Below, piece by piece: positions 7,169 to 15,768 of a DNA stretch of 38,870 bases. Every line of letters starts with the position of its first letter. Position 1 is the stretch's first letter. Made by a program: the position numbers and the translations under genes. The DNA is taken from contig JBDRBK010000013.1 of NCBI GenBank assembly GCA_043822705.1, forward strand, positions 1-38,870, read 5' to 3'. A model generated the notes under the pieces. That model did not search any database, was not told where the DNA came from, and saw only the letters and a list, made by a program, of their open reading frames with translations. This DNA comes from Fidelibacterota bacterium. GTDB taxonomy: Bacteria > Fidelibacterota > Marinisomatia > Marinisomatales > TCS56.

Positions 7169-10134
7169 AGACAGACCTCGATAAAATTAACGTTATTCTG
7201 GCCACTGATTGTGGCAGCACCACCACCAAGGCAATACTAATCCAGAAAATCGATGGTGTTTTTCGCCAGACACACCGCGGCGAGGCGCCCTCCACGGTGG
7301 AAGAACCGTTTGCCGATGTGACTGTCGGTGTGGTTAATTCGGTCACCGAAATTTCCGATCTGGCAGGACGGAAACTGATCAACGCCGAAGGCCGGATCAT
7401 CCAACCGGCCAACGGCAGCGAAGGCTGCGACCTGTATATTTCCACCTCCAGTGCCGGCGGCGGCCTGCAGATGATGGTCGCCGGCGTGATTGCCGAAATG
7501 ACCGCTGCCAGTGCCAAACGTGCCGCCCTGGGCGCCGGCGCCATTGTGATGGACGTGATCGCTTCCAACGACAAGCGCAAACCACACGATCAGATCCAGC
7601 GCATCCGCGAACTGCGCCCGGACATGATGCTGATTTCCGGCGGCACCGACGGCGGCACCCTGACGCACATCGTACAGATCGCCGAATTAGTGGCCCCGGC
7701 CAAACCACAGCCCCGTTTCGGCGCCCAGTACCAGTTACCGATAATTTATGCCGGCAACAACAAAGCCCAGGATATCATCAAGGAATTATTCAAGGAAGGG
7801 TTCGCCCTGACCATCGTCGACAACCTGCGGCCGGTACTGGAGCGGGAGAATCTGGGTCCGGCCCGCGACGCCATTCACGACCTGTTCCTGGAACACGTGA
7901 TGGCCCATGCTCCGGGGTACAACCGGCTGATGGAATGGACCGATGCACCGATCATGCCCACACCGGGGGCCGTAGGTAATATTCTGAAGACGATTGCCGA
8001 CCTGCAGGGGATCAATGTAGTCGGTGTCGACATCGGCGGCGCCACCACTGACGTATTCAGCGTGTTCGACGGCGTTTTCAACCGCACGGTCAGCGCCAAC
8101 CTGGGGATGAGTTATTCGATTTCCAACGTCTGCGCCGAAGCCACGATGCCCAACATCCTGCGCTGGGTGCACCTGGACATGGATGAGCGCGAGCTGCGCA
8201 ACCGGGTCAAGAACAAGATGATTCGCCCGACCACGATCCCCCAGACCAGCGAAGCGCTGATTTTCGAACAGGCGGTCGCCCGCGAGGCACTGCGGCTGGC
8301 CTATAAACAACACAAGGAATTTGCCACCACCCTGAAGGGCGTTCAACAGCAGCGCACCGTCGGTGATACCTTCAGCCAGCAAATCGGCGGACAAACGATT
8401 GTCAACAACATGAAACTGGACCTGCTGGTCGCCTCGGGCGGCGTCCTGTCGCATGCACCGCAGATGCGCCAGACCGCCATGATGCTGATCGACGCCTTCC
8501 AGCCCGAAGGCTTTACGACCCTGGCCAAGGACAGCATTTTCATGATGCCCCATCTGGGCGTGGCCGCCCAGGTTCACCCCAAGGCCGCCATGGAAGTATT
8601 TGACCGCGACTGCCTGATCTATCTGGGATCGGTGATCGCCCCGGCCGGCCACTCCAAACCGGGCAAGTTATGTTTCAAGTATGACATTAAGGGTAAAACG
8701 TTAAATCAAAGCGGTCAGATAAATTATGGCGACGTACTGCTGTTACCGCTGGGCGCCGGCGAGACTGCCGAAGTAACCGTTGAACCGGACAAATTATTCG
8801 ATACCGGCCACGGGCCCGGTAAAAAAGTCACCAAGACCGTCAAGGGCGGTACCGTCGGTCTGATCCTCGACGGCCGGGGACGGCCGCTGGCCCTGCCCAC
8901 GGTCACCAAGGAAAGTCAGAAGTTTATGGAGAAATGGGTCGCGGACCTGGGGCTGTACCCGCCGGTGGAGCTCACCGAATCACAATCGAGCGCCCAATCC
9001 GAGAATAAGGCCCATGCCTATTCACCGGGACTGACCGTCAGCCAGCGCACCGTTATCCAGCGTCGGCGGGTGCTGCCGATCGAAGGCAAAGTGCTGGTAA
9101 AGAAAGGCGATCGGGTGGAGGCCCAGCAGGTAGTGGCCGAAACCTTCATGCCCGGCGATGTGATCCCGGTGAATGTCGCCAACCTGCTGTCACTGCCACC
9201 GCGGGACGTACCCGAATGCATGTGCGTCATGGTCGGCGACGAGGTCAATGTCGGCGATCCCATTGCCCAGACCAAAGGCATGTTCGGCCTGTTCAAGAAC
9301 ACCTGTGAGTGCAAAGATGCCGGTAAGGTGGAAACAATCTCCGAGATCACCGGCCAGGTGATTCTGCGCGGCGATCCATTCCCGGTTCAGGTGCTGGCGT
9401 TTACGCCCGGCATTGTCGCCGAGGTGATCCCCAATCAGGGCGTCATCATCGAATCCGATTGTACCTTTATTCAGGGGATTTTCGGCGTCGGCGGCGAAAC
9501 CTTCGGAAAAATTCGGGTGGTGGCGGAATCAATCCACCAGCCCCTGACCGCCGACCAGATCACACCCGATATGCGGGGACAGGTAATCGTCGGCGGCGCA
9601 CGCATGACCGCCGAAGCAATGAGGAAAGCCGTCGATATCGGCGCTGCCGGCGTCGTGTCCGGCGGTATCGACGATCAGGACCTGAAAGATTTTCTGGGAT
9701 ATGATCTGGGTGTGGCGATTACCGGTTCCGAACATCTGGGGGTATCGCTGATCATCACCGAAGGATTCGGCGATATTGCCATGGCCGAACGAACCTTCAA
9801 CCTGTTAAAATCCCGCGACGGCGCCGAGGCGTCGATCACCGGCGCCACCCAGATTCGCGCCGGTGTCATCCGGCCCGCCATCGTGATCCCCGCCGATGAA
9901 AGCCTGCCGGAGGTGCGGCACGACCAGCAGCGTGCATCAGGCATCTTGGAAATTGGCTATCCCGTACGTATTATACGCGACCCATATTTCGGGCAAATTG
10001 GAATACTTCATGAATTACCGCCGGAACCGCACAAGTTAGCATCAGGTACCAAGACCAGAGTGCTCAAGGTGAAATTTGATTCCGGTGAAATCGTCACAAT
10101 TCCCCGTGCCAATGTGGAATTGATTGAAGAGTAG
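7165..10134 (+). CDS. GlmL/MutL (glutamate mutase L-like) actin-fold ATPase fused to a C-terminal barrel-sandwich-hybrid / Rossmann-like / KOW module
   Basis: ASKHA motifs DCGSTTTK, SSAGGGL, GGTDGG, VDIGGATTDV, ASGGVLSHAP, LILDGRGRP. Second half from AHAYSPGL has VKKGDRV/VGDEVNVGDPIA repeats, GAAGVVSGG and PVRIIRDPYFGQIG...TIPRANVE. Confidence 0.85.
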   Translation: MKTDLDKINVILATDCGSTTTKAILIQKIDGVFRQTHRGEAPSTVEEPFADVTVGVVNSVTEISDLAGRKLINAEGRIIQPANGSEGCDLYISTSSAGGGLQMMVAGVIAEMTAASAKRAALGAGAIVMDVIASNDKRKPHDQIQRIRELRPDMMLISGGTDGGTLTHIVQIAELVAPAKPQPRFGAQYQLPIIYAGNNKAQDIIKELFKEGFALTIVDNLRPVLERENLGPARDAIHDLFLEHVMAHAPGYNRLMEWTDAPIMPTPGAVGNILKTIADLQGINVVGVDIGGATTDVFSVFDGVFNRTVSANLGMSYSISNVCAEATMPNILRWVHLDMDERELRNRVKNKMIRPTTIPQTSEALIFEQAVAREALRLAYKQHKEFATTLKGVQQQRTVGDTFSQQIGGQTIVNNMKLDLLVASGGVLSHAPQMRQTAMMLIDAFQPEGFTTLAKDSIFMMPHLGVAAQVHPKAAMEVFDRDCLIYLGSVIAPAGHSKPGKLCFKYDIKGKTLNQSGQINYGDVLLLPLGAGETAEVTVEPDKLFDTGHGPGKKVTKTVKGGTVGLILDGRGRPLALPTVTKESQKFMEKWVADLGLYPPVELTESQSSAQSENKAHAYSPGLTVSQRTVIQRRRVLPIEGKVLVKKGDRVEAQQVVAETFMPGDVIPVNVANLLSLPPRDVPECMCVMVGDEVNVGDPIAQTKGMFGLFKNTCECKDAGKVETISEITGQVILRGDPFPVQVLAFTPGIVAEVIPNQGVIIESDCTFIQGIFGVGGETFGKIRVVAESIHQPLTADQITPDMRGQVIVGGARMTAEAMRKAVDIGAAGVVSGGIDDQDLKDFLGYDLGVAITGSEHLGVSLIITEGFGDIAMAERTFNLLKSRDGAEASITGATQIRAGVIRPAIVIPADESLPEVRHDQQRASGILEIGYPVRIIRDPYFGQIGILHELPPEPHKLASGTKTRVLKVKFDSGEIVTIPRANVELIEE

Positions 10135-10141
10135 GAGTGAT

Positions 10142-11548
10142 ATGAAACGAACCTTCATTTCCAAAGCGGTCCTGGCACTAATCCTGCTGACCGCCGGTGT
10201 CTGGGCCCAATCCGGGGGACCGGCGCCGCCCGCCAATGTCACCGTCAAGGATCATCCCTGGGATGGTGGAGCGGCCATCGATGTCAGCTGGGAGCTGTCC
10301 GCTGATGACGCCACCAATGTGCTGTCTTACAAGATTTACCGGACCCTGACGCCGGCGGAAGTGCTGAAACTGAATGCCGATTACCGGTCGGGAGCCAGCA
10401 ATCTGGCCAAACATACCGTGACATCGGGCATTCTGGGCCGCGCCGACGAACAGGGCATCCCGCATGATAACCCGGCGCTGCTGGCGGAACTGCGCGCCGC
10501 TCGCAAGGCGGCCGCCGACGAAGCAATCATATTCGCCAACCAGCAGATCGCCAAGTTTAATGGAATCACCCGCTACAAATTTATCGGGGTGGTGCTGCCG
10601 GGACAAAATTCCTTTGTCGCCGAAAATCTGGCCGGTGAGAGCGAATATTATTTCAAGGTGGTGGCGCTTGGCAAAAATAACGTGGAATCGGTGCCGGCGC
10701 TATCGTCCTTCGCCGCTTCGCCGGTCCGCCAGGGATTCGACGGGGGCCGGTTCTATCTGGCGATCCTGATTCTGGTGATCTGCGGCTCGGTGGTTTACTA
10801 CATCCAGGCCGCCCGTCGCGGAGTCGATCTGAAAGTACGCAAGATCGCCGGTCTGCAGGCCGTCGACGAAGCCGTCGGCCGGGCCACGGAAATGGGTCGT
10901 TCAATCCTGTTCGTACCCGGTATTCAGGATATCAACGATATCCAGACGATTGCCGGCCTCACGATTCTTTCGCGGGTCGCCAAAACGGCCGCCGAATACG
11001 ATGCCAGACTGGAAGTCCCCACCAGCCGTTCGCTGGTGATGACCACCGCCCGCGAAACGGTGCAGGCCGCATTTCTGGCTGCCGGCCGTCCGGATTACTT
11101 CAATCAGGACTTGATTTATTACGTCACCGATGAACAATTCGGTTATGTAGCCTACCTGTCGGGCATGATGGTCCGCGAAAAACCGGCCGCCTGTTTTTAC
11201 ATGGGGGCATTTTTCGCCGAGTCGCTGATCCTGGCCGAAACCGGGAATTCGATCGGCGCCATTCAGGTCGCCGGTACCGCTCAACCGGCCCAGCTGCCGT
11301 TCTTCGTCGCCGCCTGCGACTATACCCTGATCGGGGAAGAATTCTTCGCCGCTTCGGCTTACCTGTCCGGTGAACCGGATCAGTTGGGCAGCCTGAAGGG
11401 GCAGGATGTAGGTAAGGCGATCGTGGGAGTGATTGTCATTGTCGGCGTGCTGCTGCTGACGATCGGAACGATCGCCGGCCCCGAAAGCGATTTCGGCATG
11501 ACGCTGGTCAATGCCGTTGGCTACCTCAAAGATATCATCCTAAACTAG
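10142..11548 (+). CDS. Signal peptide + fibronectin type III domain + TM + DUF6754-like domain membrane protein
   Basis: Signal peptide ending GVWA; FN3 pattern PAPPANVTV..VSW..YKIYR..YYFKVVA; RKIAGLQAVDEAVGRATEMGR, DYTLIGEEFFAASAYLS; AGGAG RBS before ATG 10142. Confidence 0.85.
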   Translation: MKRTFISKAVLALILLTAGVWAQSGGPAPPANVTVKDHPWDGGAAIDVSWELSADDATNVLSYKIYRTLTPAEVLKLNADYRSGASNLAKHTVTSGILGRADEQGIPHDNPALLAELRAARKAAADEAIIFANQQIAKFNGITRYKFIGVVLPGQNSFVAENLAGESEYYFKVVALGKNNVESVPALSSFAASPVRQGFDGGRFYLAILILVICGSVVYYIQAARRGVDLKVRKIAGLQAVDEAVGRATEMGRSILFVPGIQDINDIQTIAGLTILSRVAKTAAEYDARLEVPTSRSLVMTTARETVQAAFLAAGRPDYFNQDLIYYVTDEQFGYVAYLSGMMVREKPAACFYMGAFFAESLILAETGNSIGAIQVAGTAQPAQLPFFVAACDYTLIGEEFFAASAYLSGEPDQLGSLKGQDVGKAIVGVIVIVGVLLLTIGTIAGPESDFGMTLVNAVGYLKDIILN

Positions 11549-11557
11549 GAGAATCGG

Positions 11558-12256
11558 ATGAAACGAACAGTACCATTACTTATCACTGCTCTGGGCGGGT
11601 TCGTGCTGATTATCGCCTATTTTATTCCACGAACCGAAGGCTGGGGCGAGGTGGCCGCGATCTGGTTTGATGTACTGGCATCGATCGCGTTTGTGCTCGG
11701 TGGCGGCAACCTGCTGAAAATCCATCTGCAGAAAATATCGGATCAGAAAACCGGCTGGGGCTATTCGGGCATAACGATCGCCGCATTCCTGTTCACCCTA
11801 TTTGTGGGACTGGGAAAAATCGGCGTCAACCCGAATATCCAATACCCTGATTTTGTCTGGTCCGGCAGTTACCGTGAACTCGGCAGCCCCTTCTGGTGGC
11901 TGTACGAATACGTCTTCAAACCGTTGACGGCCACGATGTTCGCCATGTTGGCGTTCTACGTTGCTTCGGCCGCCTTCCGCGCCTTCCGCGCCAAGAATAT
12001 CGAAGCGATCCTGCTTTTGGGAACCGCTTTCATCATTCTGATGGGCCGGACTTTCGCCGGCGTGGTTTTAACCGCCTGGCTGCCGGATTTTCTCAGCGGC
12101 CTGCGGTTGGAGAATCTCACGGTGACCATCATGAAAATATTCAATACCGCCGGCAATCGCGCCATTATGATCGGTATCTCACTGGGAATCGCCTCGACTT
12201 CGCTCAAGGTGCTTCTGGGTGTCGACCGCTCATATCTGGGCGGAGGGGAGGATTAA
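11558..12256 (+). CDS. Uncharacterised integral membrane protein (~6 TM)
   Basis: AGGAG RBS; multiple hydrophobic helices; FYVASAAFRAFRAKN, GNRAIMIG, LGVDRSYLG. Confidence 0.85.
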   Translation: MKRTVPLLITALGGFVLIIAYFIPRTEGWGEVAAIWFDVLASIAFVLGGGNLLKIHLQKISDQKTGWGYSGITIAAFLFTLFVGLGKIGVNPNIQYPDFVWSGSYRELGSPFWWLYEYVFKPLTATMFAMLAFYVASAAFRAFRAKNIEAILLLGTAFIILMGRTFAGVVLTAWLPDFLSGLRLENLTVTIMKIFNTAGNRAIMIGISLGIASTSLKVLLGVDRSYLGGGED

Positions 12257-12259
12257 GCC

Positions 12260-13120
12260 ATGTATGAATTCCTCAAGAATCTCGACCGTCGCTGGATCTT
12301 CCTGTTAATGTTTCTGTCGGTTTCAGTTCCGCTGTTGTTCGAAGTGCGTTTCCCGGAAAAACCGACCGATCTGGCCTACACAACTTTCAACGCCGTCGAA
12401 GATCTGAAACCCGGCGACAAAGTGTTGCTGTCGTTTGATTTCGACCCGGCCAGCGAAGGCGAACTGGGTCCGATGGCGACAACCTTCACCTACCACTGCG
12501 CCGCCAAGGGTTTAAAGATGTACTACATGGCGCTGTGGCCGGTGGGACCGCAGATGATCGACGACCGGATCAATCAGGTGATCCGCCGTGATTTCCCGGA
12601 TATGGTCTATGGCGTTGACTATGTCAACCTGGGCTTCAAATCCGGTAACGAAGGCGTCATCAAGGTGATCGTCACCGATTTCCGCGAATTGTACACTACC
12701 GACGCCTACGGCACTTCCTTCGACGATATTCCCATGTGCCAGGGCATCAACAGCGTTCAGGATATGGACCTGGTGATCAATGTCAGCGCCGGTTATGCCG
12801 GTACCAAGGAATGGGTGCAGTATGCCGTGACCGCTTTCCCGGATAAGATCAAGCTGGTCGCCGGCTGTACCGGTGTCCAGGCGCCATTGCTGTATCCCTA
12901 CATTCCCGACCAGTTACCCGGTCTGCTGGGCGCCATCAAGGGTGCCGCCGAGTACGAAAAGCTGGTAGGGGAGCGCTACGGACTGGAAGATAAACCGCAG
13001 TATCTGGAAGGAATCCGGCGCATGGGACCGCAGCTGGTGGCCCACATACTGATGATCATTCTGATCATCGCCGGTAATTATATCTTCTTTGTCGAAAAGA
13101 AGCGGGAGGCCCGGTCATGA
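12260..13120 (+). CDS. Uncharacterised membrane-anchored alpha/beta domain protein (N- and C-terminal TM)
   Basis: GGAGG RBS; LLSFDFDP, YGVDYVNLGFK, GAIKGAAEYE; TM helix at each end. Confidence 0.85.
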   Translation: MYEFLKNLDRRWIFLLMFLSVSVPLLFEVRFPEKPTDLAYTTFNAVEDLKPGDKVLLSFDFDPASEGELGPMATTFTYHCAAKGLKMYYMALWPVGPQMIDDRINQVIRRDFPDMVYGVDYVNLGFKSGNEGVIKVIVTDFRELYTTDAYGTSFDDIPMCQGINSVQDMDLVINVSAGYAGTKEWVQYAVTAFPDKIKLVAGCTGVQAPLLYPYIPDQLPGLLGAIKGAAEYEKLVGERYGLEDKPQYLEGIRRMGPQLVAHILMIILIIAGNYIFFVEKKREARS

Positions 13121-14124
13121 AAAACACTAAATTAATCTGGACCGTCGTCCTGGCGGTCGCCGCCCTGATTCTGCTGATGAACTCCGCCTTTCGGGGCGCC
13201 GGCAGCGTTTATGTCCGTTCGACACCGATCGAAATGGTCAATATCGGCAATGGCGATCAGCCGTTGTGGATCAATTCCGCTTCCGATGAGGCGCTGGATT
13301 ACGATCTGAGCGGGGTGCCGGAAGATCAGCGCATTCGCTGGAACCGCTACGATTCCGCCAATCCCAGTGAATACGCCGCCGCCGTCAAGGCCGATCCCGC
13401 ACAAACCGTCTACCAGTACAGTTTCTGGCGGTCGGTGGGTGTCTGGGTCGCGGCGCTGTTCACGTTATTCATCCTGTCATTCCTGTACCGCGACAATCCC
13501 TTCTACAAGGTTGCCGAATCGGTGGTGGTCGGCGTTTCCGCCGCCTACTGGATGACCGTCGGCTTCTGGGACGTTATCGTACCCAACCTGCTGGGCAAGC
13601 TGCTGCCGGGGATGGTCAAGAACTGGGCCATGCCGGGACTCAACGGCCATTCCGAATGGCTGTACCTGGTGCCGTTGACCCTCGGTATCATGCTGCTGAT
13701 GCGGCTGTCGCCGAAAGGCGCCTGGATCAGCCGCTGGCCGCTGGCCTTCATTATCGGCACGACCGCCGGTATCCGGCTGCTGGGCTTCATCCATGCCGAC
13801 TTCCTCAGTCAGATCCGCAACAGCATCATACCACTGTTCGTATCGAATCCGGTGACCGGTTTCTCGTTCTGGGATTCGTTTTTGAACCTGGTCCTGGTGC
13901 TGGGCGTCCTGGCTTCACTGGTGTACTTTTTCTTCTCGGTGGAGCATAAGGGCCTGGTGGGCAAAACCGCCAAGGTCGGTATCTGGGTGCTGATGGTAAC
14001 CTTCGGCGCCGCCTTCGGCTATACCGTCATGGGCCGTATCGCCCTGCTGGCCATTCGACTGGAATTCCTGTTCGATGACTGGCTGTGGCTGATCGACCCG
14101 ACCCTGCGCCGCATGGGACTATAG
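13117..14124 (+). CDS. Uncharacterised integral membrane protein (~8 TM, extracytoplasmic N-terminal loop)
   Basis: ATGA overlap; SFLYRDNPFYKVAE, YFFFSVEH, LMVTFGAAFGYTVMGR. Confidence 0.85.
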   Translation: MKNTKLIWTVVLAVAALILLMNSAFRGAGSVYVRSTPIEMVNIGNGDQPLWINSASDEALDYDLSGVPEDQRIRWNRYDSANPSEYAAAVKADPAQTVYQYSFWRSVGVWVAALFTLFILSFLYRDNPFYKVAESVVVGVSAAYWMTVGFWDVIVPNLLGKLLPGMVKNWAMPGLNGHSEWLYLVPLTLGIMLLMRLSPKGAWISRWPLAFIIGTTAGIRLLGFIHADFLSQIRNSIIPLFVSNPVTGFSFWDSFLNLVLVLGVLASLVYFFFSVEHKGLVGKTAKVGIWVLMVTFGAAFGYTVMGRIALLAIRLEFLFDDWLWLIDPTLRRMGL

Positions 14125-14144
14125 CCACATTACGGTTTAATTGC

Positions 14145-14181
14145 AATGCCCGTCGCCTCCCCGGTGACGGGCATTTTTTTT
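14145..14181 (+). terminator. Rho-independent terminator closing the glmL-like operon
   Basis: AATGCCCGTC / GACGGGCATT stem followed by a T run. Confidence 0.85.
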
Positions 14182-14464
14182 GGCATCAGCATTCTCACGT
14201 CTCTCACGGTCAGCACCCGGCTGACGCATCACTTCTCACTCCTCACCATACCGGATAGCGGATAAGCAAGCCCATGCTTCGACCAGTCTTCACTTCGTTA
14301 CGACAGGCGGGCAAGCTCAGCATGACATTGTACTCGTACCTTACTCACGTTTCTCACCAGGCCGCAGGCGGTCTCACGTCTCTCAAGGTCAGCCACCCGG
14401 CTGACACCTCACCATTCACTATTTCCTTGCCAGCGCCGGCTGGTACCCTTGATCCTGACGCCTT

Positions 14465-14535
14465 AATTCAACCACTTTGTGGTTGCCGCGGTTGGTCGGC
14501 ATTGAGTGCTATTCAGATTCAATCCCTCCGGGATT
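14465..14535. repeat. Double-hairpin REP-like unit, copy 1 of 3 (others 19029-19100, 22027-22098)
   Basis: AATTCAACCAC..GTGGTTG...GAGTGCTATTCA(G/T)ATTCAATCCCT(C/G)CGGGATT in all three copies. Confidence 0.9.
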
Positions 14536-14620
14536 TGAACCGGCGGCCGCATTCTGTTTGTCAAATCAGTCCCCTCTGGACTTGTCCGCCTTGGGTGGAC
14601 TTGTCCGCCACAGGCGGAGA

Positions 14621-14714
14621 GGGGTGTGTAAACCCACAACCGTCACTACCCACCCCGTCCCCGACGTGTCGGGGACACCCCTCCGGGGGAGGGGACTATA
14701 GTAAAATCCCCGAG
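14621..14714. repeat. CACCCC/GGAGGGG palindromic unit, copy 1 of 3 (others 18797-18892, 22403-22500)
   Basis: GGGGTGTGTAAACCC.CAACCGTC...CCCACCCCGTCCC-GAC..GTC-GGGACACCCCTCCG.GGGAGGG.ACTATA conserved. Confidence 0.9.
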
Positions 14715-14760
14715 TGACGGGCATTTTTTTTGGTATCAGCATTCTCACGTTTCTCACCAG

Positions 14761-14850
14761 GCCGCAGGCCGTCTCACGTCTCTCACTTTCAGCCGCAGGC
14801 CGTCTCACATTGCTCACTTTCAACCGCAGGCCGTCTCACGTCTCTCACGG
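14761..14850 (+). repeat. 31-bp tandem repeat x3
   Basis: (G/A)CCGCAGGCCGTCTCAC...CTCAC units start at 14761, 14792, 14823. Confidence 0.85.
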
Positions 14851-14888
14851 TCAGCCACCCGGCTGATACCTCACCATTCACTATTTCC

Positions 14889-14918
14889 TTGCCAGCGCCG
14901 CCCTAAATACCTTAAACT
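14889..14918 (+). promoter_or_regulatory. Putative sigma70-like promoter at right end of repeat mosaic 1
   Basis: TTGCCA-N18-TAAACT pointing toward the lipoprotein gene. Confidence 0.4.
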
Positions 14919-15084
14919 CCACCACGTTAACCGGACGCGGGAATCGTACCTGCTGCTGTTTACTGTCGATTGTCTCCGGGTAGTGGAAGGATGCTATGAA
15001 AAATGAAATTCTACATATGCAGCCTTTAAAATTAAAGAAATTCTAACTGAATAGTGATTAACCGACAGAAATGGGGAATAAATA

Positions 15085-15537
15085 ATGAAGTATAAAATGT
15101 TAGTACTTACTACAATGATTATTTTGTTTGGCTGTGAGGAACTTTTGGAAATAAAAGCAGACAGTATGACTATTGAAAAAGTCACGCTCGAGATGATGTC
15201 GTTCAGAAATGAATCTAATATCGATTGGGATGAACTGTCAGGTCCCGATGTATATATTCGATTTGAAGAATCAGATAGAACTGGATACCTCGAAACAGGA
15301 ACAATACAAGATATTTCACTTAACGACCTACCTATCAACTGGGAGCTTAATCCTACATTTACTATTGAGGATTTCGATAATAATTTGGAAATATTCATTT
15401 ATGATGCTGACATCCTTTCTGACGATTTAATAGCAAGTGGTGCATTCGAATTTGATCCGTATGACGATACAGAAATATTTACACTTACTTTCGATGAGAA
15501 TTGTGAATTGACTATTGAGGTCAGCTACGAATGGTAG
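15085..15537 (+). CDS. Acidic lipoprotein with C2-like domain
   Basis: Lipobox ILFGC; DWDELSGPDVYI and LEIFIYDADILSDDLI resemble C2 Ca2+-binding loops; AT-rich. Confidence 0.7.
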   Translation: MKYKMLVLTTMIILFGCEELLEIKADSMTIEKVTLEMMSFRNESNIDWDELSGPDVYIRFEESDRTGYLETGTIQDISLNDLPINWELNPTFTIEDFDNNLEIFIYDADILSDDLIASGAFEFDPYDDTEIFTLTFDENCELTIEVSYEW

Positions 15538-15768
15538 AACTATCTATATTGTATAGGCACCTATCAAGCGCCTGTTGTTCGTGTCGATTGTTTCCAGGGA
15601 GCGGGTAGTTATTCAGAATTAGTGTTTGGAATAATATTGAGAATGAACAATATCAATAAACATTATATGCTGAATAGCATGATTTTGTGGAACGGCAAAA
15701 TTCTTCATAAATAATAGTTAGGCGGTCAATATTATTTATTGGAGAATCTGAATTAACTTGGGATTTTC

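Larger units (their letters stand above)
14164..14920. repeat. Repeat mosaic 1: REP/MITE-like palindromes, TCTCAC tracts, internal duplication
   Basis: GTGACGGGCATTTTTTTTGG(C/T)ATCAGCATTCTCACGT at 14164 and 14714; CAGCCACCCGGCTGA(C/T)ACCTCACCATTCACTATTTCCTTGCCAGCGCCG at 14390 and 14852; modules shared with 18760-19400 and 22020-22500. Confidence 0.9.

Noticed and set aside
7165..10134. DNA mismatch repair MutL, or a functional glutamate mutase locus
   Set aside because: Motifs are ASKHA (actin-like), not GHKL; no mutase catalytic or B12-binding subunit in the window
14274..14823. ORFs in repeat mosaic 1 (and likewise 18597-19297, 22045-22560)
   Set aside because: Made entirely of non-coding palindromic repeat modules
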